A program made the position numbers and the translations under genes. From positions 13,341-77,340 of the forward strand of contig MFYG01000021.1 of NCBI GenBank assembly GCA_001789045.1: DNA of 64,000 nt. The letters are read 5' to 3'. This document shows, piece by piece, positions 46,138 to 55,011 of the stretch; within the stretch, counting starts at the first letter, position 1, and the number at the start of each line of letters is the position of its first letter. Origin of the DNA: Candidatus Peribacteria bacterium RIFCSPLOWO2_12_FULL_55_15. GTDB taxonomy: Bacteria > Patescibacteriota > Gracilibacteria > Peribacterales > Peribacteraceae. The notes beneath the pieces were generated by a model, which saw only the letters and a list, made by a program, of their open reading frames with translations, searched no databases and had not been told where the DNA came from.

Positions 46138-46165
46138 TATAAACATAAAATGCATTATGTTAAGT
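46138..46165 (+). other. dif-like 28-bp Xer recombination site candidate
   Basis: TATAAACATAA-AATGCA-TTATGTTAAGT. The right arm matches 10 of 11 positions of the E. coli XerD arm TTATGTTAAAT, and the arms are 8/11 palindromic. The site overlaps the xer ATG (46157). Confidence 0.55.
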
Positions 46166-47131
46166 ATGAAAGATGTGGAAAACCCTCCTCTCCCCCATTC
46201 ATCCGTTCTTGCACGAGCAATAGAGCGGTACCTCGTGTACCTCCGGTCAGAAGAAAATAAGTCTCCGCTCACGGTGGCGGCATACCATCGTTCTTTAGGT
46301 CTTTACATGAAAATTGGCGAAGTAAGTGATCCAAAGGACGTTTCGAAGGTGTCAGTACGCCTGTATAAGGCGAACCTTCATATCTATAGGACGCGCGATA
46401 AGCGAGAGCTCGCTGTACGGACGAAGAATCACCATCTCACCGTCCTTCGGGCATTTCTTCGGTATCTCATTCAGGAGGAGGAGATGGAGATTTACCCACC
46501 GGATCGGGTAACGCGTTTCAAGGAGGAGCAGCGACAGGTGAAGGTCCTCTTCATGGAGGAGCTGGAGCGGCTCCTCACGGCGCCGGATCCTTCGACGAAG
46601 GAGGGGAAGCGGGACAGGGCGATTCTCGAACTTTTCTTCTCGACAGGGCTGCGCCTCGCCGAACTTCGCAGTCTCAACGGCAAGGACATCAACTTTCAGA
46701 CGCGGGAGATTTCCGTGCGCGGGAAGCGGGGGAAGATTCGTGTGGTATTCCTCTCCGATCGTGCCGTTACTGCGCTTCGTGCTTACCTCGATATCCGGCT
46801 CGATCATTTGGTTCCGCTCTTCATTCGCAGTCATCAGCAGGCAGTCACTGCCCTGCCTCCGGGGGAGGAATTCCGTCTCTCACGGATATCAATCTATGTT
46901 CTCGTGAAGAAGTACGCTCGGCAGGCGGGGATTGTATCTTCCCCATCCCCGCACACCCTGCGGCATTCCTTTGCGACGAACTTGTTGCAGAATGGTGCGG
47001 ATTTACGGTCTATCCAGGAGCTTTTGGGTCATAAAGATCTTTCGACGACGCAGATCTATACTCATGTCACCAATCCGCAGCTCAAAGATGTGCATCGGAA
47101 GTTTCATGGAATAGACGTGAAAATTCATTGA
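46157..47131 (+). CDS. xerC: Tyrosine recombinase XerC/XerD family
   Basis: N-terminal SAM-like core-binding domain ([19 protein letters not shown]). The catalytic residues lie in [19 protein letters not shown] and [16 protein letters not shown]. Whether this is XerC, XerD or a single-Xer type cannot be told from the sequence. Confidence 0.85.
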   Translation: MLSMKDVENPPLPHSSVLARAIERYLVYLRSEENKSPLTVAAYHRSLGLYMKIGEVSDPKDVSKVSVRLYKANLHIYRTRDKRELAVRTKNHHLTVLRAFLRYLIQEEEMEIYPPDRVTRFKEEQRQVKVLFMEELERLLTAPDPSTKEGKRDRAILELFFSTGLRLAELRSLNGKDINFQTREISVRGKRGKIRVVFLSDRAVTALRAYLDIRLDHLVPLFIRSHQQAVTALPPGEEFRLSRISIYVLVKKYARQAGIVSSPSPHTLRHSFATNLLQNGADLRSIQELLGHKDLSTTQIYTHVTNPQLKDVHRKFHGIDVKIH

Positions 47132-47266
47132 CGTTTCTCTCGTTACGCGGTTCCAGTGAATGTGGATATCCGGATGGTGTCCTTCCTGTTCCGCCAACTC
47201 CCCTACCCTATTCACGAATGCGAGAGCCTCTTTCTCATACTTTGGGTGGATAATTTGGCACCGAAT
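47132..47266 (-). pseudogene. Remnant of a pterin-4a-carbinolamine dehydratase (PCD/DCoH-like) gene, C-terminally truncated
   Basis: [33 protein letters not shown] matches the PCD core (..F.nrVaelAE.egHHPD....w..V). The expected ..TH....LT..D.. part is missing. The frame instead runs antisense into xer, and the 5' part overlaps the tyrS 3' end. Confidence 0.4.
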
Positions 47267-48494
47267 CTGGAAAAATATCTGTAAAGCTTTTAGAAACGAT
47301 GAAGCGGAGAAATTTTTTCTTACCAATTTTTACAATCGCACTATGTTTTTGGTTGAAAGTTTTGGCCATTGCTTCTCCTAGTTCGCTTTCCAATTCTGTC
47401 ACCAAGATAGTGTTGCCCTGCTCGTCTAAAAGCTTGATACCTTTTTCTTTTAGTAGCCTTCTTGCATCAGATTTTGAGGATACTAGCCCACTCTTAACAA
47501 GCTCCCCCAGGGGGTCGTCCCCCGTTGAAATTATTTCTGGAATTTCCTTTGGTAATTTGCCTTTGGAAAATACATTCGTAAATTCCTTCTCCGCAGCATC
47601 GGCTTCTTTCGCTCCGTGGTATAGGGTAACGATTGCGCGTGCGAGGCGGGCTTTCGCATCGCGTGGGCCCATGCCATCCTTCGACGAGCTCAGGATGACA
47701 CGAACTTCATCCATCGGTACATCGGTGCAGCACTCGAAGTAGGTTTCCATGAGGGAGTCCTTGATCGACATGAGTTTGCCGAACATCTCGTTCGGTGAGT
47801 CTTCCAGATAGATGCAGTTTTCGTACGTCTTACTCATTTTGCGCCCGTCGGTTCCTTCGAGGAGCTTCAGAGTGAGCACAAACTTCTCGCGCTTCCCGAA
47901 AACCTGCTGCAAGTGACGACCACAGAGCATGTTGAATTCCTGGTCGGAGCCTCCCAGTTCGCAATCAACATTGAGGACAACGGAGTCATACCCGACGAGG
48001 AGAGGGTAGATGAACTCCGAGAGATGGATGGGTTTTCCCTCTTTCTCACGACGGGCGAACATCTCGCGCTGTTCCATTTGTTGCTTGGTGAAGTGGCTTG
48101 CAAGCTTGACCATGAGCTCCGGTGTCAGTTTTTCGAGCCATTCGTGGTTATATCGCACCGTGATTTTGGAGAAATCCAGAACCTTCGCTGCTTGCTCTTT
48201 GTAGGTATGGAAGTTTTCCTCGATCTGCTTGTGTGTCAGCGGTTGTCGCAGTTCATCGCGCCCAGAGGGATCGCCAATCATCGCGGTGAAGCTTCCTATT
48301 ACGAGGATGATCTCGTGTCCGGCATCCACGAATTGTTGGAGTTTCCGCAGCGATACGGCGTGACCGAGGTGTAGTTTGGAGCCTGTGGGGTCGATGCCCC
48401 AGTAGATGTGTAACTTCTTTCCCGATTGCAGTTTTTCCTCTGCGAGTTTCTTGGGGATGACGTTGGCGACGGCGCGAGTGAGGAGATCGTTCAT
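47235..48494 (-). CDS. tyrS: Tyrosine--tRNA ligase
   Basis: HIGH motif (KLHLGHAV), KMSKT, and a C-terminal S4-like domain. Confidence 0.93.
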   Translation of the reverse strand: MNDLLTRAVANVIPKKLAEEKLQSGKKLHIYWGIDPTGSKLHLGHAVSLRKLQQFVDAGHEIILVIGSFTAMIGDPSGRDELRQPLTHKQIEENFHTYKEQAAKVLDFSKITVRYNHEWLEKLTPELMVKLASHFTKQQMEQREMFARREKEGKPIHLSEFIYPLLVGYDSVVLNVDCELGGSDQEFNMLCGRHLQQVFGKREKFVLTLKLLEGTDGRKMSKTYENCIYLEDSPNEMFGKLMSIKDSLMETYFECCTDVPMDEVRVILSSSKDGMGPRDAKARLARAIVTLYHGAKEADAAEKEFTNVFSKGKLPKEIPEIISTGDDPLGELVKSGLVSSKSDARRLLKEKGIKLLDEQGNTILVTELESELGEAMAKTFNQKHSAIVKIGKKKFLRFIVSKSFTDIFPDSVPNYPPKV

Positions 48495-48513
48495 TGTCCG
48501 GTATCATACTCCT

Positions 48514-49464
48514 ATGGTGTCATTTGTGGCGAAAGATGCGATGCGGCTCGACCTTCTTCTTGTACAAGAGGGGGGCATCCGCAGCCGCAGTGAGGCGCAG
48601 CGGATGATTGCGGATGGGTGTGTTCGGCTTCGCGGGAAGATTACGCGGAAGGCGTCGGCTGCGGTGCGTGCCGGTGATTGTGTGGAGTGCGCATGCGCCG
48701 TAGCGACGATTCCGGAATCGTCGCTACGGGATGTGGAGCCTCACGATTTGCGTCTGTCTGTTCTCTACGAAGACGCCGTGTGTATGGTGATCAATAAACC
48801 TGCGGGTTTCGCGGTGCATTCCGGGGCCGGAATGAAGCCGGGGACCGTGACTCTTCTCAGCGGTATCGCTCATCTTTTTCAAGAGCGAGCTCTTCCTTTT
48901 CAACAGGAATCCGTCCTCGCGCATCGTCTCGATAAGGATACGACGGGCTGCCTTCTCCTCGCGAAGAGCCCCGCGGTACACCAGGCATTGCAGCGGCAGT
49001 TCGCCGAGCGCCACGTTCGGAAAATGTACATTGCGCTCGTTGCGGGCATCCCCGTGCACCCACGCGCCATCATCGATGCCCCTATAGGTCGGCATCCTGT
49101 TCGTCGGACGCGGATGACGGTCATGGGGGGCCGGAAGAGCCGGGAGGCGCGGAGCACCTACGAGCTCCTTGCGCGGGGGGAACTCTGTTCCCTTCTTCGT
49201 TGCGATCTTGCGACTGGCCGCACGCACCAGGTCCGCGTGCATTTGGCCGCCATCGGCCATCCCATTCTCGGTGATCGGACGTATCGCAATGCCGCGAGCG
49301 ACCGCTTGCGGGAACAGTACGGCATTCCGTCGCCCTGTCTCCATGCGTGGAAATTGTCGTTCGCGTCGCCAGCCGATGAGCAGGAGCACGATGTGGTGGC
49401 TCCACTTCCCATCATGTTTCAAGAGGTGATGCAGAAAGTATCCATTACTCCCTTTCCGGTTTAA
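48514..49464 (+). CDS. rluD: RluA-family 23S rRNA pseudouridine synthase (RluD-like)
   Basis: N-terminal S4 domain (RLDLLLV...SRSEAQRMI..G.V), HRLDKDTTGCLLLAK and TGRTHQVRVH are present. I chose the ATG at 48514. Confidence 0.85.
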   Translation: MVSFVAKDAMRLDLLLVQEGGIRSRSEAQRMIADGCVRLRGKITRKASAAVRAGDCVECACAVATIPESSLRDVEPHDLRLSVLYEDAVCMVINKPAGFAVHSGAGMKPGTVTLLSGIAHLFQERALPFQQESVLAHRLDKDTTGCLLLAKSPAVHQALQRQFAERHVRKMYIALVAGIPVHPRAIIDAPIGRHPVRRTRMTVMGGRKSREARSTYELLARGELCSLLRCDLATGRTHQVRVHLAAIGHPILGDRTYRNAASDRLREQYGIPSPCLHAWKLSFASPADEQEHDVVAPLPIMFQEVMQKVSITPFPV

Positions 49465-51166
49465 AAATCACCGTGTATTCCATCCGATCGAGAATGTTTC
49501 CTTCGCCGTCACGGGTGATGATGCTGTAGATATTTTCTCCGCGTTTCATTGTACCCATGGGGACGCTGGCAATGTATTTCCAGGTGTCATTTCCTTGTTG
49601 ATAGAGTTGTAAGCGAAAACCGTTGACCCATACTGTATGTGTATTCGGTGACGTGGTTCCGTAGATGGAGAATTCAAACTGGGATGTCGTGTATGGTTCC
49701 CCTTTCGTGGGTGTGGTCACTTGGATGGAGTCAGGTTCTTTCGGTGGATTTTTCGGGAGGACCGATTCTATGGTGGGGGGCGGGAGAGTTTGGTCCACAG
49801 AATGATCGGATTCTGATGCTGTGACGATGCCTTCGTCCCCTTTTCCAAGGATGATCTGGATGTGTACTGGAGCGCTGCGGTTCCCTGCGTCGTCGATGGC
49901 AACAACTTCGTAGATGTTTGTGCCTGGATGGAAATTGCCGAGATTCGTGCTGGCGAGGTAACTCCATGCAGTGTCTCCGGGTTGGAAGAGCTGTAAGCGG
50001 TACTCATTAACGACGATTCCAGCGACTCCCTTTTGGGCAGTTCCGCGAAGTTCGATTTCCGTTTTCGCTGTACGGAAAGTTGCCCCAGATACTGCTGGTA
50101 GAAGAATAGTGGGAGATTTTGTGGGTTTGAGATCCCGTCGTACGGTGCGAGATTGTTCCGCAATGATGATGCCATTTGCATCAAGGGCAGCGATGCGAAT
50201 ATCCACTTTCTCGTCACTTGGGAGGGCGAGTTCCTGGGAAAAGGTATTGCCCTTGACAGTTGCTAGGTAGCCGTTGACTCTGATGGATGTCACACCTTTC
50301 CCATATGTCCCGTGGACTTCGATGGAATCTGCACGTGCAATTTCACCTTCCTTTGGTGCGAGGATAGAGAGAGTCTCTTCTATTTGTTGTGATGCTATGA
50401 TCGGTTTTGGAGAAGTGTGGAGAGATGTTGTGCGGCTTTTTTCCACAAATGGTGATGTGATGATTGTAGGATCGATTCGGAGACGAAGGGCGTAAAGGTT
50501 TTCTTCTGTTCCTGGGACATCTTCAGGAATCGTAATTTGCTGCCCTTCGCCGATGTACAATGCCGATTTGGCGCTTGGCACACGGAGCATGATTCCTAGT
50601 GCATTGCCGGAGTCAAGCACAGCAAGTGTCCTGTTTGTGACGAGTGCCTCTGTTCCCGGAGGAAATTCCAGGGAAAATGCCGGGGTTGTGATGCGACGAA
50701 TTATTGTTCCAGATGCAGAATCTTTGGGGATAGAAAGCCATATTCTACCGTTCAAAAGTTCGAGGCCAATGGCGTTTTTCCCTTCCCCTTGTTGCATGTT
50801 TTTGACAGTGATTGCTGTTTCTTCATCGAGATGGATCTGGGTACTTTCGAAGAAGGCCATAATTGCCATGCTGTTTTCTTCCGTATGAAGCGTATCTCCT
50901 TCATACATTTTCACTATTCCTTCTATACGGAGTGGTTCCTCTCCGTCTACTGATACCGTGGCAGTGCTTCCCTTCTCTACCTGGGCCAACGTTGCAGGAT
51001 GATTCACGCGCCAGTCGGCATGGATCCATGAGAGGGTTTTCCATAGTCCTATGCCGGAGAAGATGATCGCTGTGATGATTCCGCCACGAATCCATAGACC
51101 TATGGTCCGCTCACGTCGTGCGATCCCTAGGTATCCATGCCGGAAGCGGTATTGCCGTGCGAGCAC
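49445..51166 (-). CDS. Membrane-anchored protein with a FecR-like domain and three Ig-like repeats
   Basis: N-terminal TM and a FecR-like block (YEGDTLHTEENSMAIMAFFESTQIHLDEETAITV). Three C-terminal repeats of type VNG[YF]-LQL[FY]Q-G-T-W-Y-AS...G-NIY...D-GN are present. Confidence 0.55.
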   Translation of the reverse strand: MLARQYRFRHGYLGIARRERTIGLWIRGGIITAIIFSGIGLWKTLSWIHADWRVNHPATLAQVEKGSTATVSVDGEEPLRIEGIVKMYEGDTLHTEENSMAIMAFFESTQIHLDEETAITVKNMQQGEGKNAIGLELLNGRIWLSIPKDSASGTIIRRITTPAFSLEFPPGTEALVTNRTLAVLDSGNALGIMLRVPSAKSALYIGEGQQITIPEDVPGTEENLYALRLRIDPTIITSPFVEKSRTTSLHTSPKPIIASQQIEETLSILAPKEGEIARADSIEVHGTYGKGVTSIRVNGYLATVKGNTFSQELALPSDEKVDIRIAALDANGIIIAEQSRTVRRDLKPTKSPTILLPAVSGATFRTAKTEIELRGTAQKGVAGIVVNEYRLQLFQPGDTAWSYLASTNLGNFHPGTNIYEVVAIDDAGNRSAPVHIQIILGKGDEGIVTASESDHSVDQTLPPPTIESVLPKNPPKEPDSIQVTTPTKGEPYTTSQFEFSIYGTTSPNTHTVWVNGFRLQLYQQGNDTWKYIASVPMGTMKRGENIYSIITRDGEGNILDRMEYTVIFKPERE

Positions 51167-51223
51167 AATGGAATAGCCTATCGTACGGCGGTTGCACTTC
51201 TGAGAGCAAGGTGTCGGAAACCA

Positions 51224-52354
51224 TTACATCGTGACGCGCTCGAGTTCTTCTCGTGTGGTGATGCGTTCCTGTACCAGACCTTCTCCCCACTGTCTCATTG
51301 TCTTGTATCCCTCTTTTGTGGCTTGTTCCAGAAGGGTGGATGCTGGTTCTTGGGTGAGGATCATATTACGAAGGGCCGGGCCTATCATGAAGAGTTCCGG
51401 TATTACGCAGCGTCCGCTGTAGGTATCGGGATTTGTAGGGTCGTATGGCGTGTCTTTCGCTTTGTACGCTTCTGCGAGCGTGCGCACGAGGCGTTGGGCG
51501 AGAATTCCGCGGAGTGACGGCGCGAAGGTGAAGGGACTGACGCCCATGGAGAGAAGGCGCGGGATTGCTTCGATCGCCGAGTTCGTGTGGAGGGTTGCGA
51601 GCACCATGTGGCCTGTGAGCGCAGCGTCGATGGCGGTCTGTGCGGTTTCGAGGTCGCGGATTTCTCCGACAAGAATGACGTTCGGATCATGTCGGAGAAT
51701 GGACCGTAGTCCTGTGGCGAATGTGAAGTCGTGGTCGGGGTCAATTTCGCTTTGAACAATACCCGAAATTTCATACTCAATAGGGTCCTCCAGTGTGATG
51801 ATGTTCCTCTGTGTTCCAATAATCGTTTGGAGGAGAGAGTACAGCGTCGTTGTCTTCCCAGATCCCGTGGGTCCAGTAACGAGCATGAGACCATTGGGGA
51901 GATGAATGAGTTCAGCAAGTTTCTCATGGATTTCCTTTGGAAAGCCGAGTTTTTCAAGGGGGATCATTCCCCGTTTTGGGTCAAGAAGGCGGAGTGTGGT
52001 TGTTTCCCCAAAGCGCGATGGGAGGGTTGCGATGCGGACGTTGATGGTTCGTCTGCGCTCACCACCTTCGGCGGTTTTTTCTTGTATATCAAATGTGTAC
52101 TGGCCATCCTGTGGAATGTTCGTGATATTCAATTTGAGCTTCGAGAGGAATTTTACGCGACGCATTAGGTCTGTATAGGTTGCGTGACTGATGGGTTTCA
52201 GTGCATCCAACATGCCGTGAAGGCGGATTTCGAGCCGTACTTCCGTTTTTTCAGGAGATGTGTGGATGTCCGATACCCCTTTTTCCACGCAGTACTTCTG
52301 GAGTGTTTGCAGGAGTTCTTCGCCTCCGAGCATTGAAAAGTCTGGGTGTTGCAT
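51224..52354 (-). CDS. GspE/PilB-family secretion ATPase (short form, no N-terminal GSPII or zinc-finger region)
   Basis: RIATLPSRFGETTTLRLLD, Walker A VTGPTGSGKTTTL, ITLEDPIEYE, ILRHDPNVILVGEIRD and GHMVLATLHTNSA are present. Confidence 0.82.
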   Translation of the reverse strand: MQHPDFSMLGGEELLQTLQKYCVEKGVSDIHTSPEKTEVRLEIRLHGMLDALKPISHATYTDLMRRVKFLSKLKLNITNIPQDGQYTFDIQEKTAEGGERRRTINVRIATLPSRFGETTTLRLLDPKRGMIPLEKLGFPKEIHEKLAELIHLPNGLMLVTGPTGSGKTTTLYSLLQTIIGTQRNIITLEDPIEYEISGIVQSEIDPDHDFTFATGLRSILRHDPNVILVGEIRDLETAQTAIDAALTGHMVLATLHTNSAIEAIPRLLSMGVSPFTFAPSLRGILAQRLVRTLAEAYKAKDTPYDPTNPDTYSGRCVIPELFMIGPALRNMILTQEPASTLLEQATKEGYKTMRQWGEGLVQERITTREELERVTM

Positions 52355-52368
52355 CTCCTTATTATAGC

Positions 52369-54957
52369 ATGGAAGGACATTTCGTTGCTATGATACAAAC
52401 TTCTCGCCTTTCTTCCATGCTCTTGCGGTTGCTGGTTCCCTCAATCGAGGTCCACAAGCGCCGATCCCTCGCGCGGCGCATTCTCATCCTGCACGGAGTG
52501 TTCCTCACGGGGCTTCTTATTATCATTGCGCGACTCATTGATCTGCAGATTTTGGAGGGCACTGAATATCGTCGTGTAGCTCAAGCACAGCATTATGGTG
52601 GGGTGGTTCTTCCTGCCCGTCGCGGGGAAATTTTGGGGGTGAACAGTAAGACGGGAGAGCAGGCGATTCTCGCAACGAATACCACGCTCGATCTTCTCTA
52701 CATTGACCCTTTGATTGTTGATGATCCCGCAAGTGTTGCAAATACCGTGTCGTCCATCCTCTTTACCGAAGAGTTCTATGATCAGTGTGTTCGCTCGTCA
52801 TCGTCGTGTCCTCGAGAACTCATCCAGTTCTTTGAGGGATTGTTCGATCCTCTCACGTTCGTGCGTTCTATCCAGTCCGGTTCGTTCCTTGAGCGTTTGC
52901 CGTCCACGATTCCGTCCATCCATCCTCGGAATATTGTTGTGCCGGATCTGACAGAGGCACGGCGGCTCTTTGCACGGGATATCGAACGTCGCATTTCAGA
53001 GAAACGCGTCCGTTTTGCGCCACTGAAGTACAGTGCAACGAAGGTGGAAATGGAAGCTGTGCAGAAGCTTGGGTTTCCCGGAGTCGATGTAGAGTTTGGT
53101 AAGTATCTGGTGTATGCCGATCCCGAGCTTGTGCCTCAGTCACAGGTTTCTGAGATCGCGCGGTCGTTTTCGAATGTGCTTCGTATCGATGCTTCTTCTC
53201 TTGAGCAGGCACTGCGTTCCCGGCCGCTTCGCTACGTTCCCATCATGCGTCGTCTGCCTCCTGCCCTTTCGCTCAAGGTGAAGGAACTTCTGCTTCGTTC
53301 CTGGAAGGAAACTCTTGCTCAGAAAGCTAAGGCTCGTGACACCACGGAGGCGGAACGCATTCTCGATCTGTTCCGTTGTATTGCTCTCCTTCCGGAGCAC
53401 TGGCGTTTTTACCCTGATGCCACCATTGCTTCCCATGTCGTCGGGTTTCTCAATGCGAACAAGGAGCCACAATATGGCATTGAGCGAACATTTAACCCGC
53501 AGCTCCGTGGGCAAGAGGGACTCATTCGTACGGTCAGCGATTTAACGGGGAGACAGATTCTCACGTCGGAGCAAACCATTATCGATCCTCAGGATGGAAA
53601 GACAGTTGTTCTTACCATCGATCCAATCATTCAAAAGGAAGTGGAAACCATTCTTGTCGATGGTGTTCGACGATTCCAGGCGAACAGTGTGCAAGTGGTG
53701 GTCTTGGATCCCTTCACCGGGCGCATTCTTGCTATGGCAAATGCTCCGCTTTTTGATCGTAATGTCTATGGTGGGGTGTATGAAAAAGAGGCTGTTGTTC
53801 TCTCGGATGAACGTCAACGTGGCATTGTGGTCGAGTTGTATCATCCTCTGACGGATATTCGTGTTGTGAAGGCGTACCTTCCTGATGTTACGACTTCGGA
53901 AGGGCGGAAGAGGCTCAGTGCTAAAACGCGCAGTTCTCTCGAAGAGATCGAGTTGGCGTATGATCTCGAGGATATCGCACGGTATTACCTCTATTACGGA
54001 GAGAATGACCGCAAGGAGATTTTTCCCACGGACGTGAAAGGAGTGTGGTTGAAGTACCGAAATGCCATCGGTGTTGGCGCATATCTCAATCGTTCCGTGC
54101 AGGAAACCTATGAGCCTGGTTCTATCATGAAACCTATTACCATGGCAATTGCCATTGATCAGGGGGAGGTGGTACCGAACGATATTTATGACGATACCGG
54201 ACCGGTTAAGGTTGATGAGTATACTATTAAGAATGCGCTCCTCGTGTACTACGGGAAGGTGACGATGACAAACTGTCTAGAGCTTTCCATTAATACATGC
54301 ATGACGAGCGTGTCTGCGAAGCTCGGTCCGAAATTGTTGTACAGCATGCTGCTCCGGTTCGGTTTTGGGCGTGTGACGGGCATTGAACTCGATGATGAAC
54401 TTCCCGGCAGCATTCGTCCGTGGCGAAGCTGGAGTCGAGCGCTTCTGGCTACTGCATCGTTCGGTCAGGGTATCACCGTGACGCCGATCCAGATGGCAAG
54501 CGCGTTCGGTGCTCTTGCCAACGGTGGGAAACTTCTCCGTCCTACGATCATCGATAGTATTCATCATGCAGATGGGACCGTGGAAAAAGCGCCTGTGCGT
54601 GTGCTGGATCAAGTGATTACTTCCGAGGCGTCAGAAACGATCACGGCGATGCTTGTGAGTGCCGCAGAGAATGGGTTTGCGAAGGCCGGGCGAGTTTTGG
54701 GATATCGCATTGCCGCAAAGACTGGAACGAGTCAGATTGCCGGTCCCGGTGGACGTTACGATACAGGCACAGGATCAACCATTGCGTCGTTCGTCGGCTA
54801 CGGTCCTATTCCCAATCCCCGTTTTGTGATCATTGTGAAGATGGACAGACCGAAGTATCGCGAGACGGTGCATGGCGCCGCCGCCGCCGCTCCCCTCTTC
54901 AAGGAAATCGCCGCGTTTCTTTTTAAGTACTACGGGATTCCGCCGAGCGACGAATAA
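52369..54957 (+). CDS. Class B penicillin-binding protein (PBP2/FtsI-type transpeptidase) with an enlarged N-terminal module
   Basis: N-terminal TM, a dimerisation region (RRGEILGVN), and SxxK (GSIMKP), SxN (SINT) and KTG (AKTGTSQ). The start is ATG 52369 or 52390. Confidence 0.85.
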   Translation: MEGHFVAMIQTSRLSSMLLRLLVPSIEVHKRRSLARRILILHGVFLTGLLIIIARLIDLQILEGTEYRRVAQAQHYGGVVLPARRGEILGVNSKTGEQAILATNTTLDLLYIDPLIVDDPASVANTVSSILFTEEFYDQCVRSSSSCPRELIQFFEGLFDPLTFVRSIQSGSFLERLPSTIPSIHPRNIVVPDLTEARRLFARDIERRISEKRVRFAPLKYSATKVEMEAVQKLGFPGVDVEFGKYLVYADPELVPQSQVSEIARSFSNVLRIDASSLEQALRSRPLRYVPIMRRLPPALSLKVKELLLRSWKETLAQKAKARDTTEAERILDLFRCIALLPEHWRFYPDATIASHVVGFLNANKEPQYGIERTFNPQLRGQEGLIRTVSDLTGRQILTSEQTIIDPQDGKTVVLTIDPIIQKEVETILVDGVRRFQANSVQVVVLDPFTGRILAMANAPLFDRNVYGGVYEKEAVVLSDERQRGIVVELYHPLTDIRVVKAYLPDVTTSEGRKRLSAKTRSSLEEIELAYDLEDIARYYLYYGENDRKEIFPTDVKGVWLKYRNAIGVGAYLNRSVQETYEPGSIMKPITMAIAIDQGEVVPNDIYDDTGPVKVDEYTIKNALLVYYGKVTMTNCLELSINTCMTSVSAKLGPKLLYSMLLRFGFGRVTGIELDDELPGSIRPWRSWSRALLATASFGQGITVTPIQMASAFGALANGGKLLRPTIIDSIHHADGTVEKAPVRVLDQVITSEASETITAMLVSAAENGFAKAGRVLGYRIAAKTGTSQIAGPGGRYDTGTGSTIASFVGYGPIPNPRFVIIVKMDRPKYRETVHGAAAAAPLFKEIAAFLFKYYGIPPSDE

Positions 54958-54975
54958 CGTGGAATATGATTTCCA

Positions 54976-54995
54976 GCTAGGCAAGAATGCCTGGC
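54976..54995. repeat. Third member of the GGCA-GAA-TGCC hairpin family, between the convergent PBP and glmS genes
   Basis: GCTAGGCA-AGAA-TGCCTGGC compares with GTCAGGCA-GGAA-TGCCTGAC at 40548. Confidence 0.6.
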
Positions 54996-55011
54996 CTGCT
55001 TAATCCGAATG

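Noticed and set aside
44773-47131. Prophage or integrative element carrying the tyrosine recombinase
   Set aside because: No phage, plasmid or cargo genes were found. The flanks are housekeeping genes, and the recombinase has XerC/D hallmarks with a dif-like site. The clipped PCD remnant and the duplicated half-site are kept as a low-level hint only.
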